A stretch of 64,000 bases of DNA from Myxococcales bacterium. Lineage in GTDB: Bacteria; Desulfobacterota; Binatia; HRBIN30. Under the pieces are notes generated by a model. That model was not told the origin of the DNA. It saw only the letters and a list, made by a program, of their open reading frames with translations, and did not search any database. The stretch is taken from the NCBI GenBank assembly GCA_037445065.1, contig JBBILD010000001.1:1-64000 (forward strand). The letters run 5' to 3'. The position numbers and the translations under genes are program-made. Positions within the stretch are counted from its first letter, which is position 1; the number at the start of each line of letters is the position of its first letter. Of this stretch, positions 1 to 9,572 are shown one piece after another.

Positions 1-2
1 GT

Positions 3-1121
3 CCGGGAGGAGACTACGTGCGACGCATGGCCTTTCCGATCGTGGACGGCGTCTCGCTGCTCCACTGGCACCTGAACCGCGGGAAGCGGAGCGTGGTGCT
101 GGACCTACGCTCTCCTGAGGGCGTCGAAGTGTTTCTCGATCTGGTCAGCCAGGCCGACGTGGTGGTGGAAGCCATGCGTCCCGGGGCCTTGGCCCGCCGG
201 GGCATCACGTTCGAGCGCATGTGTGCCGCAAACCCGCGGATTGTGTACTGCTCGGTATCAGGCTACGGCCTCACCGGACCGTATCGAGATCTCCCCAGCC
301 ACGGCATTGCGTATGACGCCTGGGCAGGTGTGGTTCGGCCGGCAACCGACGCAAATGGGTTCCCGACCATCCCCAGCTACACTGCGATCGGCATCAACGC
401 CGGCCCCCTTTACGCGGCCATGGGCATCCTGGCCGGCTTGTTGCGAGCCCGGGCCACGGGAAAACCGTGTTGGCTGGAGGTGGCGCAGAGCGATGCTGCC
501 GCCGCCTTCAATTGGAACGGGATCGAAGGGAACAAGGCATACGAGCGGCCCGAGTCCGAGGTAACAGGCAACGACGGGGACGGGAAAGGACCTCGACGGC
601 CGGTTGGCGACAACAGCATGACCGACTCGGTTCGTTACCAATTTTACAGGACCAAAGATGGAATGGTGTTGTTCATGGCCTCCGAGCAGGCGTTCTGGCG
701 AAACTTTACCTACGGTGTGGGACGGCCGGATCTGTTCGAAAAGTTCCCCGGAGCGAAGGTGGCAGACCACGCCCGCGGGAATGTGGAACTTCGCCGGGAA
801 TTGGCCGCAATTTTCGCAACTCGCACCACTGCAGAGTGGGTCCAATTCGGCCTGGAGGTGAACACGCCCATCTCCCCTGTAAACGACGTACGCTCGATTA
901 CGCGCGATCCGCATTTTCGCGCACGAATCGGATTTCGCCCGTGGCAAGAATGCGGGACCGATCTGATGCCGAGCCCGGTGCGGCTGGTCGGGGAAAGCCT
1001 CCCGGCACTCGAAAAAGCGGCGGTCGAACCTGGCAGGGACACAGAGGCCGTGCTGCGAGAGGTGCTCGGTTACAGCGAGGAGCGCGTACGGGCGCTGGCC
1101 GCTGCTGGGGTTCTGGGATGA
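3..1121 (+). CDS. CaiB/BaiF family (class III) CoA-transferase, 5'-truncated by the window edge
   Basis: Frame is open from nt 3 (PGGDYVRR...); motifs LNRGKRSVVLDL, ADVVVEAMRPG, NPRIVYCSVSGYGLTGPY, and C-terminal GRDTEAVLREVLGYS. Confidence 0.9.
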   Translation, partial: PGGDYVRRMAFPIVDGVSLLHWHLNRGKRSVVLDLRSPEGVEVFLDLVSQADVVVEAMRPGALARRGITFERMCAANPRIVYCSVSGYGLTGPYRDLPSHGIAYDAWAGVVRPATDANGFPTIPSYTAIGINAGPLYAAMGILAGLLRARATGKPCWLEVAQSDAAAAFNWNGIEGNKAYERPESEVTGNDGDGKGPRRPVGDNSMTDSVRYQFYRTKDGMVLFMASEQAFWRNFTYGVGRPDLFEKFPGAKVADHARGNVELRRELAAIFATRTTAEWVQFGLEVNTPISPVNDVRSITRDPHFRARIGFRPWQECGTDLMPSPVRLVGESLPALEKAAVEPGRDTEAVLREVLGYSEERVRALAAAGVLG

Positions 1122-1170
1122 GGTGCCGAGGGGTGCAGCGGGTTCCCGGCAGCCGCCCCTCGCGTCGCCA

Positions 1171-1779
1171 TTACCTGTTCAGGATGGCCTCGGACGTTTC
1201 CAAGACGGCTCCAGCAGCTTCCATTTCGGCGAGAGCTTTCCGGTCATCTCCCGGTTGAACGTTGACGGCTCGCATGCCGTCCACCACCGCGTGCGTTTTG
1301 AAGCCAAGGTGGAGAGCGTCCAGCACCGTGGCTCGGACGCAGTAATCCGTTGCCAGTCCGACTACGTACACTTCGTGCACACCCTTGGTACGCAGCAAGG
1401 CATCGAGAGAGCGGCCGTGTGCGTCAACTCCCTCGAACCCGGAGTAGGCGTCTTTTTCCGCTAGGAACCCCTTGCGCACCTGATCGGTGATGTAAGTTCG
1501 GTCCAGCTCAGGGTGCAGCTCTGCCCCGCGTGTGTTTTGCACGCAGTGAGGTGGCCACGGGCCGCCTTGGGCCTGAAACGAGCAGTGGTTCGGCGGGTGC
1601 CAGTCTTGCGTGGTGACCACCACGGGAAAGTACGGCATCAGCCGGTTGGCAACCGGAACGACCTGGTCGCCTTCTGGGACCGCCAGGGATCCACCGGGGC
1701 AAAAGTCGTTTTGGATATCGACGAGAATCAACGCGCAGTCCTGAAACCGACGGTTTCGCTCTTGTTCTTTGCCGCTCAT
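1171..1779 (-). CDS. pncA: Nicotinamidase/pyrazinamidase (isochorismatase family)
   Basis: LVDIQNDFCPGGSL, TQDWHP, WPPHCVQ, KG..YSGF and GLATDYCV motifs; AGGAGG RBS upstream. Confidence 0.93.
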   Translation of the reverse strand: MSGKEQERNRRFQDCALILVDIQNDFCPGGSLAVPEGDQVVPVANRLMPYFPVVVTTQDWHPPNHCSFQAQGGPWPPHCVQNTRGAELHPELDRTYITDQVRKGFLAEKDAYSGFEGVDAHGRSLDALLRTKGVHEVYVVGLATDYCVRATVLDALHLGFKTHAVVDGMRAVNVQPGDDRKALAEMEAAGAVLETSEAILNR

Positions 1780-1907
1780 GGGACCTCCTGCTGATGCTCA
1801 CGGTTCACCAGCGTTCTCGCCGGAGCGCCTATGAGCCGCTAGCGCTAGCCGCACGCAGTTCGTGGCAGACTAGCGGAAGGTTTTTGTATACGCTTTTTTG
1901 GTAAGAG

Positions 1908-3197
1908 ATGAGAAAGCCTGCGCAAGTCCCTCCGGGTTTTCGCCCGGTTCCTCGTACCGGGGTCATTTACGTCATGACCGAGGCTGCGCGCCATGGGTAT
2001 CGGCCTGGTGACCACCGATGGGCGAATTTGGGCCAGGGTGCCCCCGAGACGGGCCCGCTCCCTGGTGCTCCTTCTCGCCTTCGCAATGTGGAGCTGCCCT
2101 CTGCAGAGGAGTTCGAGTACTCGCCCATTGACGGCCTGCCTGAGCTGCGGGATGCGGTTGCCGCTCTGTACAACGCCCGATACCGCAAGGGAAAGAGGAG
2201 CCAGTATTCCCGCGAAAATGTCGCGATCAGCCCAGGCGGCCGGTCGGCGCTGACACGTTTGGTTTCGACGTTGGGGCGCACCAATGTCGGCCACTTTCTT
2301 CCCGACTACACCGCGTACGAGGAGCTACTCGATTCTTTTGGTACCTTCGTGCCCATTCCGCTGATCCGCCGGCCTGAGGCCGAGTACGAATTTTCTGCCG
2401 ATGAACTTAGCGAGGAGATCCTCGGCCGCGGGCTCTCGACCGTGATTCTGTCCAATCCGTCCAACCCGACGGGCGCCGGGATCTTCGGCGTCGAGTTGGA
2501 GCGCTGGGTAGCAGTGGCGCGTGAGTTCCGCTGCACGTTGGTGTTCGACGAATTTTACAGCCACTACGTGTATGTGCACGGCACGGAAACGATTTCGGCA
2601 GCGGCGTACGTGGACGATGTGGACAGCGACCCCGTCGTCATTCTCGATGGACTGACCAAGAACTGGCGGTACCCGGGATTCCGCGTGGCATGGACCGTGG
2701 CGCCGCGTTCCATCATCGAGGCGGTCACCTCCGCCGGCAGCTTTTTGGAAGGTGGATGCTCGCGACCGATGCAACGCGCGGCGATTCCTTTGCTGGAGCG
2801 CAGCGTCGCCGATCAGGAAGCGGCGGCGATCCGTGCCGTGTTCCGTCGCAAACGGGACTTCATGCTGGCGCGGTTGCGCGAACTGGGGGTGCGTGTTTCC
2901 GAACCAGTGGGAGCCTTCTATTGCTGGGGCGACCTTTCCGCTCTTCCGCCACCGCTCAATACTGGGATGGGCTTGTTCCGCGCTGGCCTCGAAGCGGGGT
3001 TGATCACCGTTCCAGGGATTTTCTTCGACATCAACCCGGGGCAAAGGCGTCCTGAACGCGCGAGTCGTTTCCACCATTTCGCGCGTTTCTCGTACGGGCC
3101 TTCGGAAGAAGAGGTCAGGCGTGGGCTGGACATTCTGGAGCACTTGGTGGTACGGGCCGCACGCGGCGAGGTAGCGGCGAAAGAGGCAGCCAGCTGA
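1908..3197 (+). CDS. PLP-dependent aminotransferase, class I/II
   Basis: NLGQGAPE, SNPSNPTG, DEFY and GLTKNWRYPGFRVAW (PLP lysine) motifs; C-terminal RFSYG. Confidence 0.9.
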   Translation: MRKPAQVPPGFRPVPRTGVIYVMTEAARHGYRPGDHRWANLGQGAPETGPLPGAPSRLRNVELPSAEEFEYSPIDGLPELRDAVAALYNARYRKGKRSQYSRENVAISPGGRSALTRLVSTLGRTNVGHFLPDYTAYEELLDSFGTFVPIPLIRRPEAEYEFSADELSEEILGRGLSTVILSNPSNPTGAGIFGVELERWVAVAREFRCTLVFDEFYSHYVYVHGTETISAAAYVDDVDSDPVVILDGLTKNWRYPGFRVAWTVAPRSIIEAVTSAGSFLEGGCSRPMQRAAIPLLERSVADQEAAAIRAVFRRKRDFMLARLRELGVRVSEPVGAFYCWGDLSALPPPLNTGMGLFRAGLEAGLITVPGIFFDINPGQRRPERASRFHHFARFSYGPSEEEVRRGLDILEHLVVRAARGEVAAKEAAS

Positions 3198-3353
3198 TTG
3201 CGGAAGGGGGCGGGTCCAACCTAGCTTCCCTTACAGCGGGTGCTTGGAGGAGGGGCAAGTGGTCTGCTGACCTCTTGCTTTGTTTGGCTCGAACGTGGTA
3301 GGCGCGCGCAACGTGCACCGGGAAACGGTGCAACAGCGAAGGGAGGGTAGGTT

Positions 3354-4442
3354 ATGAGAAGAGGGTTGGGCTATGCGCTGGTTGTGGGCCTGAGTGGAGT
3401 GTTGTGGGGTCTGCCAGCGCAGGCGAACACGCTGACGCAGAACTCGTCGTGGACCATCGATCGGGCGGGGACCACCACGAAGTACCGCATTACGGCTTAC
3501 GGCGATTCGATTTACGCGGGCTACTACGGATCGCTTTCGCGGGTGGCGAAGCGGGCCGCTCCGTACGTAGATGGCGAGTACCTGGCCAAGTTGTGGAACG
3601 CGGACATCGAGGTCATCCGCCGCACAAAATCTGGTGCCAAAGCGGATGACATTTACAAAAACAAGATCGTTGCCGAGCGCTCTTACATGCGGACCTCCAA
3701 CACGCGGGTGGTCACCTTCGAGATGTGTGGGAATGACTTTTTGCAGGCGCGCAGTAACTTTTCCGGGCAAACGGGAACCTGCAACTACGGTGTGTTGGAC
3801 ACGGCGCTCAGCAACTGCACGTACTACCAAGAGCGCGCCATGCAGGCCATCAACCAGTACTCGGCCGCAGGCACCCGCCTGAAAATCATCGCCAACCTGT
3901 ACTATCCGGGGTACAACGCGGACAATACTCTCAGCAAATGTACGGATCCGACGACGGGCCAGCGGATCAATAAGCGGGACAAATTCTTGCCATACTTAGC
4001 GCGGAGTAACTGGCGGGCTTGCGACTTGGCACGGCGTTACGGGTTTGCCTGTGCGGACGTGTTCGCTCAATACATGGCTGCGGACTACGATTCGAACGGG
4101 GATGGGCAAATCGACAGCGAGGCGATTCGATATATCCCTGGAGAGACAGAGAGCGCGTACGTGCAACGGATCACGGTGACCCTCAAGTCCACTCTGCGCG
4201 ATGCCAACACGCACTTCGTGAACTCGAGCACCAGTTATGACTACATCCAGTCTGATGATACTCACCCCACGTATATCGGAGGAACCATTTACTTAGGCTT
4301 GATCGGTGGCACCGGCTCCGGCTCGGGTGCGCCGGATTACACAGATGCACAAATCGTGGGTGGAAAGAACCCTGTGTGGAATCGGTACGGCCACGAACGG
4401 ATGGGTTGGGCGCTTTCGGTATACAATCCGAGCACGCCGTGA
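3354..4442 (+). CDS. Secreted SGNH/GDSL hydrolase (esterase/lipase)
   Basis: Signal peptide ending AQA; block I YGDSI, block III MCGND, block V DDTHP; EF-hand-like DSNGDGQID insert; GGAGG RBS. Confidence 0.82.
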   Translation: MRRGLGYALVVGLSGVLWGLPAQANTLTQNSSWTIDRAGTTTKYRITAYGDSIYAGYYGSLSRVAKRAAPYVDGEYLAKLWNADIEVIRRTKSGAKADDIYKNKIVAERSYMRTSNTRVVTFEMCGNDFLQARSNFSGQTGTCNYGVLDTALSNCTYYQERAMQAINQYSAAGTRLKIIANLYYPGYNADNTLSKCTDPTTGQRINKRDKFLPYLARSNWRACDLARRYGFACADVFAQYMAADYDSNGDGQIDSEAIRYIPGETESAYVQRITVTLKSTLRDANTHFVNSSTSYDYIQSDDTHPTYIGGTIYLGLIGGTGSGSGAPDYTDAQIVGGKNPVWNRYGHERMGWALSVYNPSTP

Positions 4443-4477
4443 CTCTTTTGGCGTAACCGACTGGTGCGGGTAGGAAG

Positions 4478-4520
4478 AACGGCGCGGGACTCCGTGATGA
4501 GTCCCGCGCCGTTTTGTCTT
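4478..4520. terminator. Intrinsic terminator, probably bidirectional, between convergent genes
   Basis: 15-bp perfect stem AACGGCGCGGGACTC/GAGTCCCGCGCCGTT with a 6-nt loop, followed by T-rich sequence. Confidence 0.8.
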
Positions 4521-4542
4521 GGGTCAAGGATTCTTTGGGCCT

Positions 4543-5946
4543 TCACACGCATCCGTTCAACGCGTTTTCGACGCCGCGGATAATCTCGTCGACCGTGACT
4601 TCCCCATCGTTGTTTGTGTCTGCTGCTGGGCAAACGGAAACGGGATTTTCACCCAGAGCGATCGACACTGCACGCACGAGTTCCGCCACGTCCACGGCTC
4701 CGTCCTGATTGCAGTCTGCGCTACACGGCTTGGGCGCCGCGAACACGGTTGCCGTTGCTTGAATCTGCCCCTCTCCCTGGACCCGGCGGATGCGAACCGT
4801 CCAGGGGCCCGGAATCGGCGCTGTGACGCGGCAACTTCCCCAGTTGTTGGGATTCAGGTCTTGGCAGGCCCAAACGTCTGGCAGGCTCTGGGTTGGACGC
4901 ACAAAGAGGTCGAAGTCGTTGTTCAGTTGCATGAACGGGCCGCTGGTAGCGGTCTGCCCGTTGAACGTAACGACCAGCTCCTGGGCACCTTCGGGTACAG
5001 CAACTTGCCACTCCACCTCTGGCGACGCCGCGGAGAGGGCGGCTTGCCAAGATTCAACCTGATTCGGCGGCTCATGGACCAGCCCCCGGGAACTGCAAGC
5101 GCGTCCAAGGTCGGGTCCCGCTGTTTCTGCGATCCAAGAACGGTGGGCCGCAACCGAAGTCGCGAACGATTGGTCGGGAGCCTGGCAGTCGAAAGAACTC
5201 CCGCCCGACACGACTCCCGCAAGCAGGTAATTGGCAGCTCTCGAAACATAGAGCCCGCCACCGGAATCACCACCGCAGGTGTTGCTCCCTGCGCCAGAGA
5301 AATTCCAGCATAGGTTTGTTGCAATAGGGACGTCCGTGGGACATTCGTCAAGGACGACGGTGCCGAATCGCTTGATACCGGTATCGTCAACCGCGCGAAA
5401 ACCGCCGCGCGTAGTGCCGTAACCAATCACGAGCGCCTCGCTTCCGAGTGCAGGTGGTTGATCGTTGAGGGGTACGGGTGCGACTCCATCGACAGCTTCT
5501 TGCAAAACGAGAACGGCGAGGTCGCCCCGCACTCCGAATTCGTACGCGGGGTGAAGGAACACCTGCGCCACTGGCAGGACCCCGGCATTGGGCAAAAAGA
5601 CTTCGACGCGCCCCGGCGGCACGATGCCAGCGGCGAGGCAGCTTTCGTAATTGTCGGCGGACTCGTCACACACGCAGTGCCCGGCCGTGACCACTGTGTG
5701 ACAGCCGATCAGGGTTCCGGAACAAAGTCCGCTTACAGCCGAGCGAGAGGAACTCGTGTAAAGGATCACGAGCGCCGCGGCCGGAAAGTCTGGGGTGGGC
5801 GAACCGTTCACGATTCGCGGCGTCCGAGCTGCGCGCGCCGGAACGCACAGCAAAGTACTTAAGAGAAGCACCAGATGTCTCGCCGCTGCAGAGTGACACA
5901 CGGCCGCAAATGTTGCAGGCAAGGTGCCGATAAGTCTAGCCATCAA
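4543..5946 (-). CDS. Secreted S1 (trypsin-like) serine protease with PPC-like beta domain and C-terminal dockerin-like double Ca-binding repeat
   Basis: Activation site R-IVNG; catalytic TAGHC, DLA and GDSGG; DFDLFVR...PGPWTV PPC-like segment; DCNQDGAVDVAE and DTNNDGEVTVDE loops. Start codon uncertain. Confidence 0.88.
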   Translation of the reverse strand: MMARLIGTLPATFAAVCHSAAARHLVLLLSTLLCVPARAARTPRIVNGSPTPDFPAAALVILYTSSSRSAVSGLCSGTLIGCHTVVTAGHCVCDESADNYESCLAAGIVPPGRVEVFLPNAGVLPVAQVFLHPAYEFGVRGDLAVLVLQEAVDGVAPVPLNDQPPALGSEALVIGYGTTRGGFRAVDDTGIKRFGTVVLDECPTDVPIATNLCWNFSGAGSNTCGGDSGGGLYVSRAANYLLAGVVSGGSSFDCQAPDQSFATSVAAHRSWIAETAGPDLGRACSSRGLVHEPPNQVESWQAALSAASPEVEWQVAVPEGAQELVVTFNGQTATSGPFMQLNNDFDLFVRPTQSLPDVWACQDLNPNNWGSCRVTAPIPGPWTVRIRRVQGEGQIQATATVFAAPKPCSADCNQDGAVDVAELVRAVSIALGENPVSVCPAADTNNDGEVTVDEIIRGVENALNGCV

Positions 5947-5978
5947 CTTTGCTGAAGATGCAGTGTCCGCGGGTAGGG

Positions 5979-6947
5979 ATGGCTCAGGGTCAACGAGGTC
6001 AGCGACGGGCTACGCATGCAAGAAGGGCGACGACGCTCGGGTGCTTGCTTGGTCTGTTGGCCGCGTCTGTGGCGCCAGCCGAGGCCCGAAGTCGCTGGCG
6101 CGGTTGGGACTGGCTAGTGGAGAAGCTGATCGCCGAAGGAGTGGATGCGCAGGAGGTGAAAGCCGTTTTCTCGGATCCTCGCTTACCTCCGTTCGAGGGC
6201 ATGAGTTTCTCACCCGCACCTGTAGAATCGGCGTGGCGATACCGGCTGATCCTGCGCCCGGAGACCGTGCGTTTGGCTCGTCGCTGCTTGGCGGCGCACC
6301 GGACCGTACTCGATCGGGTCGAGCGGCAAACCTCGATCCCGGCCTCGCTCCTCGCCTCGTTGCTTACCGTCGAGACGCGTTGCGGCCAAAACTTCGGCCG
6401 TGAAGTGATCTTTTACCGCCTGGCGCGGCTGGCGATGGCAAACGAGCCCGGCAATCTGGCTGAGAACGCCGCACGGCTGTGCGGAGAGGAGTGTTCTCCG
6501 GATCTCGAGTCGCAGGTCCGTTCGCGGGCGCGGTATCTCGAGAACACCTTTTTTCCGGAGGTGAAGGCTTGCTTTTCTGTGGCGCGGCAACTGGGTGTTC
6601 CTGTGTTGGAACTTCGCGGCTCTTCAGCCGGAGCTTTCGGCTGGGCGCAGTTTCTTCCGACGAGTTATTTGCGTTTTGGCCGCGACGGGAACGGCGACGG
6701 CCGGGTAGATTTGTTTCAGATCGAAGACGCAGCATTGTCCGCCGCCGAGTACTTGCGCGCTCACGGGTGGCATCGGCGCGCTACTTCTGCGGAGAAACGT
6801 GCTGCTTTGTGGGCATACAATCGCTCCACAGCATATGGGGAGGCAGTCCTCGCTTTGGCAGAACGCCTGCGGCAATCACGGGAAGTGATGCCGAGGGCAC
6901 CGAAGTCAAAGACCACGTCGGCCCGTGCCGAGGCGACCGGCCGTTGA
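5979..6947 (+). CDS. mltB: Lytic murein transglycosylase (MltB/SLT_2 family)
   Basis: LLTVETRCG (catalytic Glu), GSSAGAFGWAQFLPTSY, DGNGDGRVDL, AYNRS. Start codon uncertain. Confidence 0.85.
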   Translation: MAQGQRGQRRATHARRATTLGCLLGLLAASVAPAEARSRWRGWDWLVEKLIAEGVDAQEVKAVFSDPRLPPFEGMSFSPAPVESAWRYRLILRPETVRLARRCLAAHRTVLDRVERQTSIPASLLASLLTVETRCGQNFGREVIFYRLARLAMANEPGNLAENAARLCGEECSPDLESQVRSRARYLENTFFPEVKACFSVARQLGVPVLELRGSSAGAFGWAQFLPTSYLRFGRDGNGDGRVDLFQIEDAALSAAEYLRAHGWHRRATSAEKRAALWAYNRSTAYGEAVLALAERLRQSREVMPRAPKSKTTSARAEATGR

Positions 6948-7157
6948 GTACCGCACGTATGTACGGGAGCAATGCCAGGTTGGGCTTAGCTGCCGCAAGC
7001 ACGGTCGTTACTTCCGAGGGCGGCTCTCCGAGAGCGCGGGGATAGCCGCCAGTATTGCCATGGCGAAAAAGGCCGCCAGCGCCACGGTCTCCACGCCTTG
7101 CGACGCCCGGGCAAAAGCCGACTCGGCGGAAGCACAGGCGAGCCCGGGCAAGCCGGT

Positions 7158-7619
7158 TTATCGCTTACGGCCAGCCTTTACCTTGCGCGCCGGTGCTGGC
7201 TTTGCGGCCGCCTTGATTGCCTTTGCTGCCTGTTTTGCCTCGTCCGCCGTGCGGAAACCAAAAACCGCGGCAAACTTTTTGCCCACGGTTTGCGCGACGA
7301 CAAACTCGATGTTCACTCCGGCGTTGGCGATGGCCCGGGCCATCGCTGCCCCGAGGCCAGGCCGGTCATCGCCCTCTACGAGCAGAGCGGCGATTTGCGA
7401 AGAGGAGAGACCCGCCTGTGATGCCGCCGCAGTGGCCTTCTTCCCGGTGATAGGGAAGACCTCCACAGCGGCTTGGCCGCTCTCGCCGAGCGCGTAGCCC
7501 ATAACGACACGCAGGCTTGTCCCCGCCGCTGCCAGGGGCTCGAGCGTTTCCGCCAGTACGCCCGGTGCGTGAGTTGCTTGCTTCCTCCACAGGACGATGG
7601 GCTTGACCGTGACTGCCAT
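7158..7619 (-). CDS. Tandem ACT-domain protein with Ala/Lys-rich tail
   Basis: HAPGVLAETLEPLAAAG and DDRPGLGAAMARAIANAGVNI ACT-like repeats; GGAGGTG RBS before ATG at 7619. Confidence 0.75.
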   Translation of the reverse strand: MAVTVKPIVLWRKQATHAPGVLAETLEPLAAAGTSLRVVMGYALGESGQAAVEVFPITGKKATAAASQAGLSSSQIAALLVEGDDRPGLGAAMARAIANAGVNIEFVVAQTVGKKFAAVFGFRTADEAKQAAKAIKAAAKPAPARKVKAGRKR

Positions 7620-7693
7620 AGCGATCACCTCCCTCGAGGCATTCTATGGATTTTGCCGTAAAGCTCAACCGTTCGCGGGGGCGAATGCGGAGC

Positions 7694-8314
7694 TTAGCTG
7701 AGCGGGAACCCGAGGAGACCCTCGAGTTCGGCAAGAGCCGAGTTTGGGTCGGTGACCTTGATTGTAACCATGCCAAGGGCCCGTGCGCTTTTCAGGTTCG
7801 CTCCAATATCGTCCAAGAAGACGGCTTCGTCGAACCGCACACGGAGCTCGCGGCAGGCTAACTCGTAAATCCGCGGATCGGGTTTGCGGATTCCAGTGCG
7901 CGCAGATTCGATGAAAACATCGAAGTACTCGCGCAGAGGCTGTACGCGCGCGGAGGAATCGATCCAGTTATTCGTGATTGCGCCCGTGCGCAGGCCGCGG
8001 GCGCGGATCCGCTGGATCGCTTGCAGCATCGCCGGCCGTGGTTGCATTGTTAATTGTAGTGCCCGAAGCAGGTGCCCGGCTGACAATTGCACGCCAGCCG
8101 CAGCTGCTTCGGCTTCGAACGCCGAGTAGAACGAATCCATGTCCAGTTCGCCGCGTTCCAAACGGGCCCAGGCGCCCTCTGATCCGGTGGTCGCGATCAG
8201 CGAGTTGATGAACCCGAGCGGAAGGTGGTGGCGAACTTCAAAGGCGCGAATCGCCGCGAACGGGGATTCCACCACCACCCCGCCAAGATCGAACAAAACC
8301 GCACGCAGCGCCAT
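7694..8314 (-). CDS. HAD-superfamily phosphatase (subfamily IA, epoxide hydrolase N-terminal/ACAD10-like)
   Basis: FDLGGV, ITNN, KPDPRIY and FLDDIGANL motifs. Confidence 0.9.
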   Translation of the reverse strand: MALRAVLFDLGGVVVESPFAAIRAFEVRHHLPLGFINSLIATTGSEGAWARLERGELDMDSFYSAFEAEAAAAGVQLSAGHLLRALQLTMQPRPAMLQAIQRIRARGLRTGAITNNWIDSSARVQPLREYFDVFIESARTGIRKPDPRIYELACRELRVRFDEAVFLDDIGANLKSARALGMVTIKVTDPNSALAELEGLLGFPLS

Positions 8315-8323
8315 GCCCTCCTC

Positions 8324-9010
8324 TTAGCGCCGTCTGGTGGGCTTGGCAGGCGGTTTCGTCTCGCGGCCGAACAGCACAAGTTGCCGGACGGGCGCAAACG
8401 AGCGGCGGTGCAGCGGGCACGGGCCGTGTTGCTTGAGCGCGGCGAAATGTTCTGGTGTGCCGTACCCGACGTTCCGATCAAAGCCGTAGAAGGGGAATTG
8501 CTCGTGGTACTGGCGCATCAACATGTCGCGGTGAACCTTTGCCAGGATGGAAGCCGCGGCGACCGAATAACTTCGCGCGTCACCACGAACCAAAGCAAGC
8601 TGCGGGATGGGTAACCCATCGAGCCGCCGAGCGTCGGTGACAATGTGATCTGGTCGCACAGAGAGGCCCTGGACCGCCCGGCGCAAGGCCAGCAAGCTGG
8701 CTTGGTAGATATTCAAGCGGTCAATCTCCGCGACGTCGGCGATACCAATGGCCCAAGCCACCGCCCGTGACCGAATCTTTTCCGCCAGTTCCGTGCGTCG
8801 CAATGGAGACAGAACCTTCGAGTCGTCAATCCCTAGAATCAGCGAATCCTGCGGTAGGATCACAGCGGCCGCCACGACGGGACCCGCCAATGGGCCGACT
8901 CCCGCCTCGTCGCAGCCAGCCACGTACGTGAAGCCGCGCGCCCAGAGGCCCTCCTCCACCTGGAGCAGTGTCTTGAGTCGAACGGCAAGCCGAGTTTCGT
9001 CCCGCGGCAC
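8324..9010 (-). CDS. rnhB: Ribonuclease HII
   Basis: GCDEAGVGPLAGPV, DSK, GDARSYSVAAASILAKV, GYGT, HRRSF; probable GTG start at 9010 (ORF-track start lies inside the VanZ gene). Confidence 0.93.
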   Translation of the reverse strand: MPRDETRLAVRLKTLLQVEEGLWARGFTYVAGCDEAGVGPLAGPVVAAAVILPQDSLILGIDDSKVLSPLRRTELAEKIRSRAVAWAIGIADVAEIDRLNIYQASLLALRRAVQGLSVRPDHIVTDARRLDGLPIPQLALVRGDARSYSVAAASILAKVHRDMLMRQYHEQFPFYGFDRNVGYGTPEHFAALKQHGPCPLHRRSFAPVRQLVLFGRETKPPAKPTRRR

Positions 9011-9017
9011 ACGCCCG

Positions 9018-9536
9018 CTATGCCGAGGATTGGCGGTCAGGTAAAGAGGGGGCTGACGTACCTGCGTTTGGGGAGCGCAATCTTGGGAAGGTCCGCCGGA
9101 ACCAGATGAGCACCTGACTGGCCGCCGCTCCAAGAGAGTCGATGGCGCTGTCCGCGAGCGACGCGGTTCGGGTGAGAACAAAAGACTGATGGAGTTCGTC
9201 GAGCAGCGCCCAACCGCAGCAGAACGCGACCGCTTGCACGCACCAGCTCCACTGCCAAGCTGGTTGCCGGCCGCGCCTGAGAGCCCAGAATACGAGCAGA
9301 CCGAGGATGAAAAATTCAGTGAAGTGACCGGACTTACGGATGATCGTATGGGCGACCGCAAACCCGGCTGGAGAGAGTTCCGGGAACAGCCAGCGCAGGA
9401 TGGGATCGATGTAACGATGCGTGTTCTGAGCGGAAAAAGGGTCGGTCGAAAGTGCCGAGATCAGGAGGAGCCAAGCGCAAACTGTGCCCCAGTAGTACGC
9501 GAACTCCTTGCTGCGTTGGCGGAATGGTGATCTCAT
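9018..9536 (-). CDS. VanZ-like membrane protein
   Basis: RKSGHFTEF, DELHQSFV..RT and D..ID..G motifs; hydrophobic helices. Confidence 0.85.
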   Translation of the reverse strand: MRSPFRQRSKEFAYYWGTVCAWLLLISALSTDPFSAQNTHRYIDPILRWLFPELSPAGFAVAHTIIRKSGHFTEFFILGLLVFWALRRGRQPAWQWSWCVQAVAFCCGWALLDELHQSFVLTRTASLADSAIDSLGAAASQVLIWFRRTFPRLRSPNAGTSAPSLPDRQSSA

Positions 9537-9572
9537 CGCGAGGGCTGGCAGCGGTGGCACAGTGGGTGAGTC

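Noticed and set aside
9018..9536. Glycopeptide resistance locus (vanZ)
   Set aside because: Stand-alone VanZ-like genes are widespread; no other van genes are present.
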